DNA of 64,000 nucleotides from Vulcanimicrobiota bacterium (GTDB lineage: Bacteria; Vulcanimicrobiota; Vulcanimicrobiia; Vulcanimicrobiales; Vulcanimicrobiaceae), in NCBI GenBank assembly GCA_963714015.1, contig OY970223.1:192001-256000 (forward strand). Direction: 5' to 3'. The position numbers and the translations under genes were made by a program. The notes below the pieces were generated by a model. It was not told where the DNA came from, did not search any database, and was given only the letters and a program-made list of their open reading frames with translations. The stretch's first letter is position 1, and every line of letters begins with the position of its first letter. Below, in pieces: positions 53,247-64,000 of the stretch.

Positions 53247-53787
53247 ACCTCTGCTCGATCGCTACATCGAGTGCACGCTGACTGCGCGGCAGATGCGCGA
53301 CGTCTCTACTCATTTGCGCACGTGTAAATCGTGTAGCGCCTTGCTGGAGGAGCTGCGCGCCGTCGACGGACTGCTGTTTACGACGACGGTGCCCGATCTG
53401 CCGGAGAACTTCACCTTTGCGGTGATGGCCGAAGTCAATTCGATGCCCGCGCCGCGCGCGCGGCAGCATCCGGTTTGGAGCTTCTTGGCGCTGTACTCCG
53501 CAGCGGCGTGGGTTGCCGCGGTACTCGGCATCGCGTATACCGGCACGAGTCCGCGCACGCTGCTCGAGGCAATCTATCGCGCGCTCGCCGCGGCGGGCGG
53601 CGGTTTCGAGCACCTTGCGGCGGCCGCCGCGCACAGCATGGGGCAAAGCACGCCGGCCTTAGCGGCGTTCGGCGCCGGATTGCTGGTCCTGGATGCGGCC
53701 GTCGCGGCGGCAATCGCCGCCGTCTATTTCGTCATTCGCCCGCGCCTCGCAGCGCGGCTGGCATCGGTTTCGGAGGCCTCGTCATGA
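53227..53787 (+). CDS. ZAS (zf-HC2) anti-sigma factor
   Basis: C...HLRTCKSC (HxxxCxxC) followed by 2 TMs; AAGGAGG RBS before GTG. Confidence 0.85.
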   Translation: MRCSSCEPLLDRYIECTLTARQMRDVSTHLRTCKSCSALLEELRAVDGLLFTTTVPDLPENFTFAVMAEVNSMPAPRARQHPVWSFLALYSAAAWVAAVLGIAYTGTSPRTLLEAIYRALAAAGGGFEHLAAAAAHSMGQSTPALAAFGAGLLVLDAAVAAAIAAVYFVIRPRLAARLASVSEASS

Positions 53788-54638
53788 GATATGTCGTTTT
53801 GCTCGCAATTGTCGCTTGCGTCTTTATCGCTTCGCTCGGGCACGCGTCCGCAAGTTCGCCGCAGACGATCGATCATGGGGGGACGTACTGGACGAGCGTC
53901 TACGTCGGTCCGGATCAAGAGGTCCAGGGCAGCATTACCGTCTTCAACGGCGACGCCGACATCGCGGGCACCGTGGACGGCGACGTCGACGTGTACGGCG
54001 GCACGGTCCGGGAAGAGAACGGATCGGTAATCACGGGACAAGTGCACGAATATGGTTCTTCGTGGGCCAATGCGATGCCGTGGGTTCCGTCCATGGGCAT
54101 GCGCGCGATGGCGGCGGAGAACGCAAAAATGATGACGCTGCTCGCCTACAGCGTGATCGTGTTGCTGGTGTTCCTGATCTTTCCGGTGCGCGTGCGCACG
54201 GCGCTCGACCGCGTGGAGCATCACCCGGGTCTTTCCGCAGCCGTTGGGGCCGTCGCGCTGGTTGCAAGCGTGCCGATCGCGGTGCTGCTCTTCATCAGCT
54301 TCGTCGGATGGCCGCTCTTGCCGCTCGAGTTCGTCGCGTACGTTGCAGGCGTCCTGATCGGTCAGGCCGCTCTCGGTATCCTGATCGGACGGCGTCTGAT
54401 GGAACTGGTCCATCCGCACACGACGCCCTCGCCGCTTGCGGCGCTGATTCTGGGACTGGTCGTCATCAGCGCAGCCGAGATTCTTCCGGTAGTCGGCTTC
54501 GTCGTAACGGCACTCGTCGCGCTCGTTGGTCTGGGAGCCGCTGTACTCGCGTTCATTCGCGAGACCGCGTTCATGGGAGCAGGCGGTGCTCCGCAAGCGC
54601 GGCCGCCCATCGGCGGACCGCCGATGACCGCCGCATAA
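53784..54638 (+). CDS. Membrane protein with short bactofilin-like beta-helix domain
   Basis: Signal peptide, G.V.GDV...GG repeats, 4-5 C-terminal TMs; ATGA overlap with the anti-sigma gene. Confidence 0.65.
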   Translation: MRYVVLLAIVACVFIASLGHASASSPQTIDHGGTYWTSVYVGPDQEVQGSITVFNGDADIAGTVDGDVDVYGGTVREENGSVITGQVHEYGSSWANAMPWVPSMGMRAMAAENAKMMTLLAYSVIVLLVFLIFPVRVRTALDRVEHHPGLSAAVGAVALVASVPIAVLLFISFVGWPLLPLEFVAYVAGVLIGQAALGILIGRRLMELVHPHTTPSPLAALILGLVVISAAEILPVVGFVVTALVALVGLGAAVLAFIRETAFMGAGGAPQARPPIGGPPMTAA

Positions 54639-54676
54639 GCGGGCCCCTCCCCGATTTCGGGGAATACGGCTAGCGT

Positions 54677-55885
54677 ATGGCTATCGTTTCGCGCACCGCT
54701 CGTTTCGCGGCGCGGACCGCGCGAATGCGCGCTTCGACCATCCGGGAAATGCTCAAGGTCACGCAGCAGCCGGACGTGATCTCGTTCGGCGGCGGTTTGC
54801 CGGCGCCGGAGCTCTTTCCGACCACCGAAATCGCCGAGTGTACCGCCGAAGTCATGCGCGACGTCGGGCCGCAGGCGCTGCAGTACAGCGTTACCGACGG
54901 CATTCCCGAACTGCGCGCTTGGGTCGCAGATCGACTCTCGCGCCATACGGGAGCGACCTATACGGCCGCCGAGGTGCTCATCGTCAACGGTTCGCAGCAA
55001 GGCCTGGACTTGATTGCCAAGATCCTCGTCGATCCGGGCGACCATATCGTGCTGGAAAAACCGTCGTATCTTGGGGCGATTCAAGCTTTCGATGCGTATC
55101 AAGCCAGATATTTGACGGCCGAGACCGACGAAGACGGAATGATTCCCGAGTCGCTCGAGAGCGTGCTCGCGCATGCGGAACCGCTCCCCAAGTTCGTCTA
55201 TCTGGTGCCGAATTTTCAAAATCCGTCGGGCCGCACGCTGGCCGCGAATAGACGCGAGCGCATCGTGCGCATCTGCGAGCACTTCGGCGTGCCGATCGTC
55301 GAAGACGATCCGTACGGCGAACTGCGGTTCACCGGAACGCATCTGCCTTCGCTCTCATCGTACAGCCGCAACGGGACGGTCATCTACAGCGGGACGGGAA
55401 GCAAGATCATGGCTCCCGGTATGCGGATCGCCTGGCTTGCCATGCACGATGCCGAAGTGCAAGAAAAACTCATCCTCGCAAAGCAGGGCGCCGATCTGCA
55501 AAGCGGCACGCTCGCGCAATACGTCTTTGCGCGATACGTTTCAAAGGCTGAGGCGTTCGAGCGGCATGTGGCCACGATCGTTCGGGTCTACGGCGAGCGT
55601 CGCGACGTGATGCACGAAGCACTCACCCAGTACATGCCTTCGAACGTGGAGTTCAACAATCCGGAGGGCGGGATGTTCCTTTGGGCGCGCACGAGGGGCG
55701 TGGACACGACCGAATTGCTCGCCATTTCGGCCCAGCAGAAAGTGGTCTTCGTACCGGGCGTACCGTTTTATCCGGCGCGGGACTCCACGGACGGAATGCG
55801 GCTGAATTTTTCCAACGCGGGCCCGCAGAAGATCCGCACGGGAATCGAGCGCCTGGCCAACGCGGTCCGCTCAATGTCACGCTAG
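54677..55885 (+). CDS. PLP-dependent aminotransferase (LysN/MocR-like subgroup)
   Basis: ISFGGGLP, GSQQ, PNFQNP.G, EDDPYGEL, SKI.APG.R. Confidence 0.88.
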   Translation: MAIVSRTARFAARTARMRASTIREMLKVTQQPDVISFGGGLPAPELFPTTEIAECTAEVMRDVGPQALQYSVTDGIPELRAWVADRLSRHTGATYTAAEVLIVNGSQQGLDLIAKILVDPGDHIVLEKPSYLGAIQAFDAYQARYLTAETDEDGMIPESLESVLAHAEPLPKFVYLVPNFQNPSGRTLAANRRERIVRICEHFGVPIVEDDPYGELRFTGTHLPSLSSYSRNGTVIYSGTGSKIMAPGMRIAWLAMHDAEVQEKLILAKQGADLQSGTLAQYVFARYVSKAEAFERHVATIVRVYGERRDVMHEALTQYMPSNVEFNNPEGGMFLWARTRGVDTTELLAISAQQKVVFVPGVPFYPARDSTDGMRLNFSNAGPQKIRTGIERLANAVRSMSR

Positions 55886-55968
55886 GGGCGGCGGCCGCGC
55901 TAGCAAGCCAGGAAACAGCGGGGCCTCGCATAAATGCCCGCCTGTCAATTCATGTACGAGGAGCACCA

Positions 55969-56451
55969 ATGGCTGAACATCTAGTGACCGGCATCGCGCA
56001 GACGTCCGATCCCGCCCATCTCGAGACCACCCTTTGCGGCAACGAAGCAGTTGACTGCGACAAGATGGCGGTTATTACGAAAGATCAGCCGACGGATCAC
56101 CATCAGGAATCGGTACTAACGTTCCTGCATGTGGGCGCGAATCACGCCACGAGCGACGTGCAGCACGAAGTGATCGCCGGCGGAGAGTCGATCCTCACCA
56201 ATTTCGGCGATCCGCAAGTGCCGAACATCAGCGCCGACATGCGTTACGTCGGATTCTTTGCCGAACCGCACATCATCGATCACTTGGCCGACTACGCCAT
56301 TCCTCAAGATCAAGTCCAAAATTACAACGACGCAATCGAAGCCGGACGCAGCGTCGTCGTCTACAAAGCCGATAAAGCAGAAGCACCCGGCGTCGAACAA
56401 AGCTTCAAGGACGCCGGCCTCAAGAACGTCAAGACGTTCGAAACGAAGTAA
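55969..56451 (+). CDS. Hypothetical protein (160 aa)
   Basis: GAGGAG RBS before ATG; coding-like composition. Confidence 0.65.
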   Translation: MAEHLVTGIAQTSDPAHLETTLCGNEAVDCDKMAVITKDQPTDHHQESVLTFLHVGANHATSDVQHEVIAGGESILTNFGDPQVPNISADMRYVGFFAEPHIIDHLADYAIPQDQVQNYNDAIEAGRSVVVYKADKAEAPGVEQSFKDAGLKNVKTFETK

Positions 56452-56477
56452 GTCCGGTTCTCATATAAAATTGAGCC

Positions 56478-56684
56478 GGCGCGCCGTCCCCGGTGCGCAC
56501 TTGGGCATGTGAACGGATGTACTGCTTCCGCCCTCCAAGCAAGCGCCACCATAAGGCGCTGACGCAACGGATCGGACCACGCATTCGTTTTCACGACGGG
56601 GCCCTGCATCCCGCAGGCGACCGTGAACCCTCTTTGCGGGTGTGCGGCTGAGCTCGAACGCGCAGGTCCCAAACAGCCGCGCCC
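56478..56684 (-). ncRNA. Putative 6S-like structured RNA
   Basis: About 200-nt intergenic element whose ends pair on the minus strand using G-U pairs; CCUGCGCGUUCG at the 5' end and GCGCACCGGGG at the 3' end resemble 6S closing-stem motifs. Confidence 0.45.
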
Positions 56685-56797
56685 AAAAATTTGGAAGCTC
56701 TCCAACCATCCAAAGGAGCACGATGGCCGAGCACTTGGCAGCCGCGGCTCGCCCGTTTATAAACCTCAGCAGGCCGGTGAAAAACCCAGACTTTAGA

Positions 56798-58225
56798 GTG
56801 CGGTTCTTCCTACTCTATGCGGCGATCCTATGCGCCCTCCTCGTTGCCGCATGCGGCGGACAAGGGACTTCCAGTTCACCATCCGGACCTAAACCCACAC
56901 CCGAGCCGCCCGTTGGGCCGACGATAACGGGTGACGACTGGACCACGTTCGCGCACGACTTTAGCCGGAGCGGTTACCAGCCTCAGGACACCGGAATAAC
57001 GAAGTCCAACGTCGGCACTCTGCAACTCCGCTGGGCGACGCATCTGGGCGAGCTCTCGTTCTCCAGCCCCGTCGTCTATAAAGGCGTAGTGTACACGGTA
57101 ACGCACAACACCGGAACGGTATACGCACTCGACGAGAAGAGCGGCCAGATCCTTTGGCATACGTCGCTCGGGGGCCAAGTGCGCATGACGCCCACCATCG
57201 CCGACGGTCTGCTCTTCGTAGGAACGCATTTATTCACTGTCGATTCCAACGGCGACATTCTCGGCGCTCCATCTGCCCTTTACGCATTGAACCTCACCAC
57301 CGGCTCTATCGTTTGGCAGAAAAATCTTCCCGGCGACGTGCGCAGCGATCCCGCGGTAATCGACGGCACGATTTACGTTGGTGTCTCCGGAGGAGACGAA
57401 CCCGCCTGCATTCAGGGCGGCCTTTACGCGTTGGACGATCTCTCCGGGGCCGTAAAATGGTCCTGGGTCGTAGACCCGCACTCAAACGACGGCGGGTCGG
57501 TTTGGTCGCCTATTAGTTACAACGGATCGTATCTGTTTTTCGGCACGGGCAACACCTGCGGGCAAGTGCCGAATATGATTGCGAACGGCATTGTCGCCAT
57601 AAGCACGACGGGCTCAATCATCTGGAACCTTCAGAACGTAAATCCCGTATTGGATTTCGATACGGGCAGCGGCGAGCTGCTGCTGAACGGCCTCGTAATA
57701 GAACTGAACAAGAACGGCACTGTATATGCGATGCTGCAGCCGAACGGGCAGCTCGTATGGCAAAAGCAAATCGACTCGAAAGTCGACGGCTCCGCCGGTT
57801 ACGGTACGCCGACGACCGATGGAACGACGATCTTCGTACCGACCGGGACGGCGTCCACTCCCAGTTCCCGCGGCCGTGAATCGTTCTTCGCGGTTCGTCG
57901 TATGGCCGTTCCGGCCGGCCCACCGCAAGGGGCGTTGTATGCGCTCGATCTCATGGGAAACGTACGCTGGTCGCAGCAGTCGCAAGCCCAAAATATCGGA
58001 TACGTCGCGATCAACAACGGCATCGCTTTTGCAGATCAAGACGCTCAAATTGAAGCGCTGGACATACAAACGGGAACGAAACTGTGGTCGTATACCACCA
58101 CCGGGCTCATCAATGCCTCACCCGTAGTCGTTCCCAGTGGGATTTACACCGTCGACTCGAACGGCGTAGTCTATGCGTTCACGTTGCCTCAAAAATCGCA
58201 AAACAAATCCTGGCGTAAGGTGTAA
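56798..58225 (+). CDS. PQQ-like beta-propeller lipoprotein (alternative ATG at 56723)
   Basis: Lipobox VAAC, DW.TF.HD..RSG, GGSVWS, GTGN and blade repeats. Confidence 0.75.
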   Translation: MRFFLLYAAILCALLVAACGGQGTSSSPSGPKPTPEPPVGPTITGDDWTTFAHDFSRSGYQPQDTGITKSNVGTLQLRWATHLGELSFSSPVVYKGVVYTVTHNTGTVYALDEKSGQILWHTSLGGQVRMTPTIADGLLFVGTHLFTVDSNGDILGAPSALYALNLTTGSIVWQKNLPGDVRSDPAVIDGTIYVGVSGGDEPACIQGGLYALDDLSGAVKWSWVVDPHSNDGGSVWSPISYNGSYLFFGTGNTCGQVPNMIANGIVAISTTGSIIWNLQNVNPVLDFDTGSGELLLNGLVIELNKNGTVYAMLQPNGQLVWQKQIDSKVDGSAGYGTPTTDGTTIFVPTGTASTPSSRGRESFFAVRRMAVPAGPPQGALYALDLMGNVRWSQQSQAQNIGYVAINNGIAFADQDAQIEALDIQTGTKLWSYTTTGLINASPVVVPSGIYTVDSNGVVYAFTLPQKSQNKSWRKV

Positions 58226-58233
58226 AGGCAAAA

Positions 58234-59280
58234 ATGCGTACTATTGCTTCCGGTCTACTTCTCGTGCTTGTAGTCACGCAAAGCGTTCCGGCGCGCGCGG
58301 ACTCTCCGGCGCCGAGCGAGTGGCAAGTTCTGCAAGCCATGAATCCGGCTGTCGTGAATATGTGGGCCTCAGCGGCCAGACAGAATGCAGACGGGGCGGT
58401 AAGCGTAAACAAGACGGGCGGATACATCAACGTCGGCTTTCAGCGGGAGTCCGTCGACCAAATCCCCGCGGCGGTCGAACACCGCGATAAGAAGACTCTG
58501 GACAACGCGCTGCAAATCATTTCCTACGCCTTGAAGCACGAGCATAACGACGGCGGCTTCGATTACGCGGAGAGCAACGGCGTAGTCTCGTCCGGTGCGG
58601 CGGCAACGGCACTCGGCGAGGCGTCGGCCGAAGCGTTCTTTGCAAGCGACTTTGGTCACACGCTTCGGCTTCTCCAAGAGTCGTCGTGGTTTAAGACCAG
58701 CCCCGATCTAAACGCCGAGCGCGCGAGCGTTGAATCATTTGAGGAAAAAGCGAAGCCTATGGCAGCATGGCTCGTTCAGCACTCGCAACTATTGTCGACG
58801 GATCGCGCGGCATTGAATCGGGTCTTCATTTACGCTGCAGCGTACTCACTTTTGGGAGCCGCGGTCGGCAACACGGCCGCCGTTTCTCTGGGACATTCTT
58901 TCCTGCGTCAGGGATTGGACCGCCAAGAATCCGACGGCACCCTGCCCGAGGCCGGTGGATTCGACAGCAGCTATCAAGCGGTATCGCTCTACTGGCTGCA
59001 GGTTCTGTACTTGCAGCTCGGTGCCGGCGATCCGCTTCATGCGGATCTTTGGAAGGCAATCGACTCAGGCGCACAGCGCGAGACCAAAAACATCTTGCCG
59101 GACGGAACCGTTTCCACGGCAAACAATACCCGCGTCGGGTCAAATGGCGAAACCTATTTCGGCCACAAGAAGCAGATCGACGGCCGCATGGTCATCCTAT
59201 CGATGAATTACTGGGCTGCGACGACGGGAAATCCTCATATCGGACGGGTTGCTCATCTCGTATTCGCAAGGTATTACTGA
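58234..59280 (+). CDS. Secreted hypothetical protein, possibly alpha/alpha-toroid
   Basis: Signal peptide (ARA cleavage), Q..DG...E.GGFDSSY motif. Confidence 0.6.
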   Translation: MRTIASGLLLVLVVTQSVPARADSPAPSEWQVLQAMNPAVVNMWASAARQNADGAVSVNKTGGYINVGFQRESVDQIPAAVEHRDKKTLDNALQIISYALKHEHNDGGFDYAESNGVVSSGAAATALGEASAEAFFASDFGHTLRLLQESSWFKTSPDLNAERASVESFEEKAKPMAAWLVQHSQLLSTDRAALNRVFIYAAAYSLLGAAVGNTAAVSLGHSFLRQGLDRQESDGTLPEAGGFDSSYQAVSLYWLQVLYLQLGAGDPLHADLWKAIDSGAQRETKNILPDGTVSTANNTRVGSNGETYFGHKKQIDGRMVILSMNYWAATTGNPHIGRVAHLVFARYY

Positions 59281-60304
59281 GCCCGGAAAGATAGCCTCGC
59301 CTCGCGTCGCCGTAGATGCGCGTTTGACGCGCCGGCTGTCGGCCGGGATGAGAACGTACTCAGAGGAACTCGCGCGCAGGCTCCCGTCTGCAGCGCCCGA
59401 CCTGGATTTTTACTTCTATCCGGATACGTTCGATATCAACTTTACGGAGCAAGTCCTCATACCGTGGGACGCTCTTTCCAAGAAGCGAAGCCTCGTTCAC
59501 TTCACGACGACGTTCGCTTCCGTAGCGATCGCGTGCCCGTATGTCGTTACCGTGCACGACCTCATCTTTCTGCGGTTTCCGCTTTTGCTCAGACCCGTTA
59601 CGCTTCGGCTTTTCACATGGATGGCCAAGTGGGTGGTTCCGCGCGCGGCGCGAGTCATCGTCGACGACGAGCGGACGATCGACGACTGCGAACGGCTGCT
59701 CGGCGTGTCCCGCGAACGTTGCCGCGTCGTACCGTTGGGGTACGACGATGAACTTCTCAAGACGAAAGGCTTGGAACGACTCGCCGGCCGGCCATATTTG
59801 TTATATTCCGGCAACCGCAGCGCGCATAAAAATGTCGACCGGCTGATCAAAGCGTGGGAAATGCTCCCGCCGTCCATTGAGGTCGACCTGGTAATCACCG
59901 GACCGGGACATCCTGAAGGCGTGGACATGAGATCGGGAACGAATGGCCGCACGCTGGTTTACGCGGGTAACGTGCCTCGTGAGCAACTGTGGGGACTTTA
60001 CGGCAGCGCGCTGGCGTACGTACACCCCGCTCTAACCGAAGGCTTCGGTATTCCGATGCTCGAGGCAATGGTGCTGGGGACGCCGGTAATCGCGTCGGAG
60101 CAATGCGTACCGCTCGTATTGCGCGACCACGCCACGACGTTCGCAGCGGAGAATGAACGACAACTCGCGGCAATCCTGGAATCCGTTTGCCGCTCCCCGG
60201 AAGGCTTCCGGTCGAAAGCGCAGGAGGCGGCGGCCTGGGCACGTCGCTTTACCTGGGATAGATGTGCAGCTGAAACCGCGGCCGTGTACCGGGAACTTAT
60301 CTGA
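59249..60304 (+). CDS. Glycosyltransferase family 4 (start uncertain)
   Basis: VTVHDL, HKN..RLI, EGFGIPMLEAM..G.PV. Confidence 0.85.
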   Translation: MLISYSQGITEPGKIASPRVAVDARLTRRLSAGMRTYSEELARRLPSAAPDLDFYFYPDTFDINFTEQVLIPWDALSKKRSLVHFTTTFASVAIACPYVVTVHDLIFLRFPLLLRPVTLRLFTWMAKWVVPRAARVIVDDERTIDDCERLLGVSRERCRVVPLGYDDELLKTKGLERLAGRPYLLYSGNRSAHKNVDRLIKAWEMLPPSIEVDLVITGPGHPEGVDMRSGTNGRTLVYAGNVPREQLWGLYGSALAYVHPALTEGFGIPMLEAMVLGTPVIASEQCVPLVLRDHATTFAAENERQLAAILESVCRSPEGFRSKAQEAAAWARRFTWDRCAAETAAVYRELI

Positions 60305-60326
60305 CAATGCGTGAATCACGCCGTCC

Positions 60327-61109
60327 ATGACCCTCGGGCATCCCGTAGATGCGCTGGCCGATCGCTATCACGAACTAATGGCTTTGCGTGCGGAAGCGCT
60401 CAAAAAGTATGGATCGAACGTCATGAGCACGATGAAGGGTCCGCCGGCTCGCGCGTACGTACCGTTAGTTAAGCCGTCTCGAAACGTGAAAAGCGGCGGG
60501 ACGCGCATTGGCCCCATTACGCTGCTTAATCAACCGCCTTTTTGGCGGCACGTTCAAGGCCTTATTTCGGCAATGAGCGGTACCATCAACGTGTTGGAGA
60601 TTGGTCCGGGCAGCGGCGAGTTTGCGGCGCACCTCCGAAGAGTCTATCCGGAAAAGATCGGACGTTACTTCGGGCTGGAACGCGACAAAAACGTACAAGG
60701 AAGCTACGAGCGTATAGACAGCATCGCCGACTTGAACGTTCCCGTCGATTTGGTACTTGCCAGCGAAGTATTCGAACATATGCCGGCCGACGATCTTTAC
60801 CGGTTCATGCTGCTGCCGCTCAGAGGCCGGCTGTCGAAGCAGGCGTATTTCATTGCATCCGTGCCGAATCCGATCGCACCGGCCGGCATAGCTCGGGATT
60901 TTACGCACGTTCAGAGTTACCCCTGGTACGACTTTTATGCAATCGTTCGCCTTGAGTTCAGCGCAGTCGAGATCTTCCGCACGTTCTATATTTGGACTCT
61001 GCCGCGGCTGCTGTTCTTGCTGCCGCGCATTGCCGTTTGCACGGTTCAGGAACTCGACTGGTGCGACGGAGTTATTTGCGTCGCTTCAGGGCGCCGCTTC
61101 ACGGCGTGA
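60327..61109 (+). CDS. Class I SAM-dependent methyltransferase
   Basis: VLEIGPGSG, D.V...EVFEH, VPN, D.TH. Confidence 0.8.
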   Translation: MTLGHPVDALADRYHELMALRAEALKKYGSNVMSTMKGPPARAYVPLVKPSRNVKSGGTRIGPITLLNQPPFWRHVQGLISAMSGTINVLEIGPGSGEFAAHLRRVYPEKIGRYFGLERDKNVQGSYERIDSIADLNVPVDLVLASEVFEHMPADDLYRFMLLPLRGRLSKQAYFIASVPNPIAPAGIARDFTHVQSYPWYDFYAIVRLEFSAVEIFRTFYIWTLPRLLFLLPRIAVCTVQELDWCDGVICVASGRRFTA

Positions 61110-64000
61110 ACGGCCGGCGAGCAGTAACGACGCCAGCGAAATCAGCAGCGCCAGCGCGGTGAGCCCGATTCCGGCAACCAAAGGCGGCGGGTAGCGGTGG
61201 AGCAGTTGGTAAACGCCCGGCGAAACGCCGACAAAACATGAATTCAGCAAATCGCAGCGCGTCCCGACCAACGTTCGACCGTTCCCCACGAGAATCCAGT
61301 TCCCATCATTCAAATGTGTAACCTCAACGTCGCCGGCCGTAGGGATGCGGAGCTGCCCGCGAAGTGCGGAGATAGGCTTATACGTTATCTTCTGCGCGTT
61401 CTGTCCGGGCCAAAGCCGGTTCACGAAAACCAGCAGATTGGCATCAACGGGAACTCCGCCGACGCGTATCCATCTATAGCCGCTCGACGAAAAAGCGATG
61501 GAGTCGTTGCCGGCGATGCGGGCACCTTCGATGGATATGGCACGGTCTGAGAGGATGGCGCCTTCGACGGATCTCAGTTCGACGTTATAATGTCCGGCCG
61601 GTACCCAGATCCGGATTGCGGCGTCCGACGATGCAGGCGTCGCATTAACAGTCACCGCTTTGAGGGCGGATGCGCCGCTTATCCAAGTCACTGTGGCGCG
61701 GCATTGCGTGAACCGTCCGTGAAGAGCGACGTCACCATCGCCGGCAAACGTTTGGGAAGCCTGCGACGTGCCGCAAGTCAAGGTCAGCTCGCACCGCCCC
61801 GCTGCCGCTTAGGTCCAGCGCCAGATCTACGGATCGAACCGGGCGCCAGGAGCGGATCGGGAAAGAAACGCTCTGGTACGGAACGCCGATGACTCCGTCG
61901 AGCTGTCGACTGAACCGAGTTCAAACCTTGGACGGAAACGTTTACGGGGCCCGAACCCGTGAATTGAAGATTGCCGCGCAGTAATGAGCCTCGCCGCGGC
62001 GCGAGTTCGATTCCCACACTCTGGGATACGACCGCCTTAACGAGTTCGATCGGCTCGTCTTCGCCCGGTGCAACGGAATCCATCGAAATTCGTATGCGGT
62101 CTCCCGGCTGCAAACGAGCTGGAATTTGAACTTCGACGCGCGACATGTCACTGGAGATTTGCGTGCGTTGGACCTGCGTTGAGCCATCCGGCCGCAGCAG
62201 CGCAACGGTCAGGGCGTCTCCAGGCCGCGAAACGTGCGCGGCGGCGTCGACGACGTACTCGCCCGTCCCACCGCGCCACAAATACGTCAACTCTGCCAAG
62301 GACGCCGTAGCGGCATACACGGATGCCCCGCCGACGGATTCTCGACGTACATTCGTACGTTGCATGGGCGAAACGCCGCCGGGCCCCGGCGCGAGCGGCA
62401 CTTCCATTATCGGAGCGGCTGCCCGCTGCCGGCGGTCGAGCGTTACTGCAACGCTCGAGTCCGGCATTGCACTTGCAACGGCGCCGCGAAGATCCGCTGC
62501 CGAAACGAGCGCCACTCCGTCGACCGCAATCCCGTCCCAGCGCTCCTTTGGATTTACACCGCGTGCGTTGGTACTTATGCGAACCGAGAGCGTATGGGGG
62601 CCTCGCGCTAGGGAATCGACCGGCAATTGGAGCCATCGCATTCCCAATGCGGGCAAGAGCGGTGCGGAAAGACGAAACCCATCTATGTACGCCTCGAGCG
62701 AGCCGCGTTCGTGTGCACATACCCTCGCGAGGAAAACATATTTCCCCGCGCGATCGACCGTAAATGGTGCTGAACCGGAAGAAACGCCGGTAACGAGTAT
62801 CGCGCCGTTGCGATCGAATACCGGCGCGTCCCCATCCACGGAATTGCGATACCACAAGTCCTTGAGCAGCGCGCGGTTCCCGGGATAATCGTAGTCCGCA
62901 TCCTCGAGAGAGGAGCTTCCGAAGAGCGCTGTTGCCGGTATTCGCACTACTGCAAATCGTTTGAACGCCGTATCGATCGGATCGAAGTTCGCGAGCAGAT
63001 TCATCTTAGCGCCGCAACCTGCGGACGCTTGCAGAGATACCGCGGACATCGCCGGTAAAGCGAGTAACTGATCAAGTAATCCGGGGCCGCTGCGCAAGCA
63101 GACGACCTTGGTGAGCGTTGCAACGCTCCTGGGATGGGGTATGCGAGCCACGACGACGCCCTGCGGCCCGGTGTATAGAGGAGTCGTTAGCGCGGAGTTC
63201 CGGAAAATCGATGCAAAATCAGGAAAATCCCGTGCGTCGGCGGTAGCCCACATCGGCGTCGCGACGACGCTGCGGGCGCCGGCTCGCTGCATCAAGCCTA
63301 CGCCGCCGATTCCGTCTTCCACATACCGGGACGCCCAGTCGGTCACGGCACTCACCGAATCGACGGGGACGCCGTACGATGGATAGTCTTGAGGCGAGCC
63401 TCCGTTGACGAGGGCCAGCGCAACGTTCTTCGATCCCAGCTTTGCTGCCGCGTCGTTCGCTGCAAAAAGGTCCGGTTCCGCGGAACCGATAGAATACTGG
63501 TTCTGAAAGCAATGCTCTGCGAAATCGAACGACGTGAAACAGGTTAGGAGGATGGCGGTAACGGCCGCTGCGGCATATCGCCTCCCGCCTGCGCCCAATT
63601 CCAGTCGTTGAATTGCCTTCACGCCCAGGATGACGATAGCCAGCGCCGGGAAGAGCATAAAACGGTCGGGCGTCCTTATCGCGTCCAGGAGCGGAACAGC
63701 AGCGAGAAGCCGCCAAAGCTGAGGCCCGAGCGGCACGTTGGTCCCAAAACTCAAGTACAAGCAAATGAACACTACAGCGGCGGACGCGATCCACGCGCGG
63801 TTCTGACGCAAGCGCGCGGCGCTCGTTACACTAAACCCGATAGCAAACAAAATCAACGCGCAACCCGCGATCTGGCCGACCCAAAGGCTTCGAATCGCGT
63901 TGAAGATCTGCACGGGCGACACAACGGATTCTCGCGGAACCAAGCCGGCGAACTCGTTGGGCGTTTCGCTGAACAGGGGCAAGATCTGATCGGTCGTGAG
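61086..64000 (-). CDS. Large membrane glycosylation protein (AftD/YfhO-like GT-C with extracellular beta domains); 5' truncated, two frameshifts near 61790 and 61905
   Basis: TM region with IRTPDRF motif, CBM-like G.H.L.V segments, C-terminal TM. Confidence 0.5.

Noticed and set aside
56478..56684. SRP RNA, tmRNA, tRNA or riboswitch identity for the intergenic element
   Set aside because: GGAAGCAG and CCACCA fragments occur, but without the SRP helix-8 context, a cloverleaf or a riboswitch core.
55958..56737. Same GGAGCAC plus MAEHL start at 55969 and 56723
   Set aside because: Only five codons with differing wobble bases and no further similarity; the lipoprotein signal favours the GTG at 56798.

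Overview
High-GC (roughly 60-65%) bacterial chromosomal window, tentatively Eremiobacterota/Vulcanimicrobiota-like (inferred from lipoprotein and regulator style, not verified). 1-30 kb is a large Wzx/Wzy exopolysaccharide locus: wza, split wzc with a degenerate kinase, wzy, wzx, priming transferase, ugd, uxs-like, gmhB/hddA, many GTs and two tandem clan GH-A hydrolases. Embedded in it (about 9.4-15.8 kb) is a RiPP-like cassette. It contains a 47-aa YxxP-leader precursor ORF missed by the ORF track (10907-11050, minus), a PqqD/RRE protein, two HPr-kinase-like proteins, an S26-type Ser/His peptidase, an NTP_transf_5 nucleotidyltransferase, an ABC-2 exporter and a NarL-type regulator, but no lasso cyclase. 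This is the best candidate for an undescribed system. 33-45 kb holds sucCD, acyl-CoA dehydrogenase, hbd, thiolase, a CDF transporter, gmd/rmd, a PilZ protein and kamDE. 45-64 kb holds two tetrathionate-hydrolase-like beta-propellers, a BlaI/BlaR-like pair with clear operators, DUF2723, rfbD, an ECF sigma/anti-sigma unit, a probable 6S-like RNA and further glycosylation genes. About 18 single-base frameshifts hit otherwise intact genes. Many sit at or next to AGCT, which suggests methylation-linked long-read errors rather than pseudogenes. No CRISPR, tRNA, rRNA or IS was seen.
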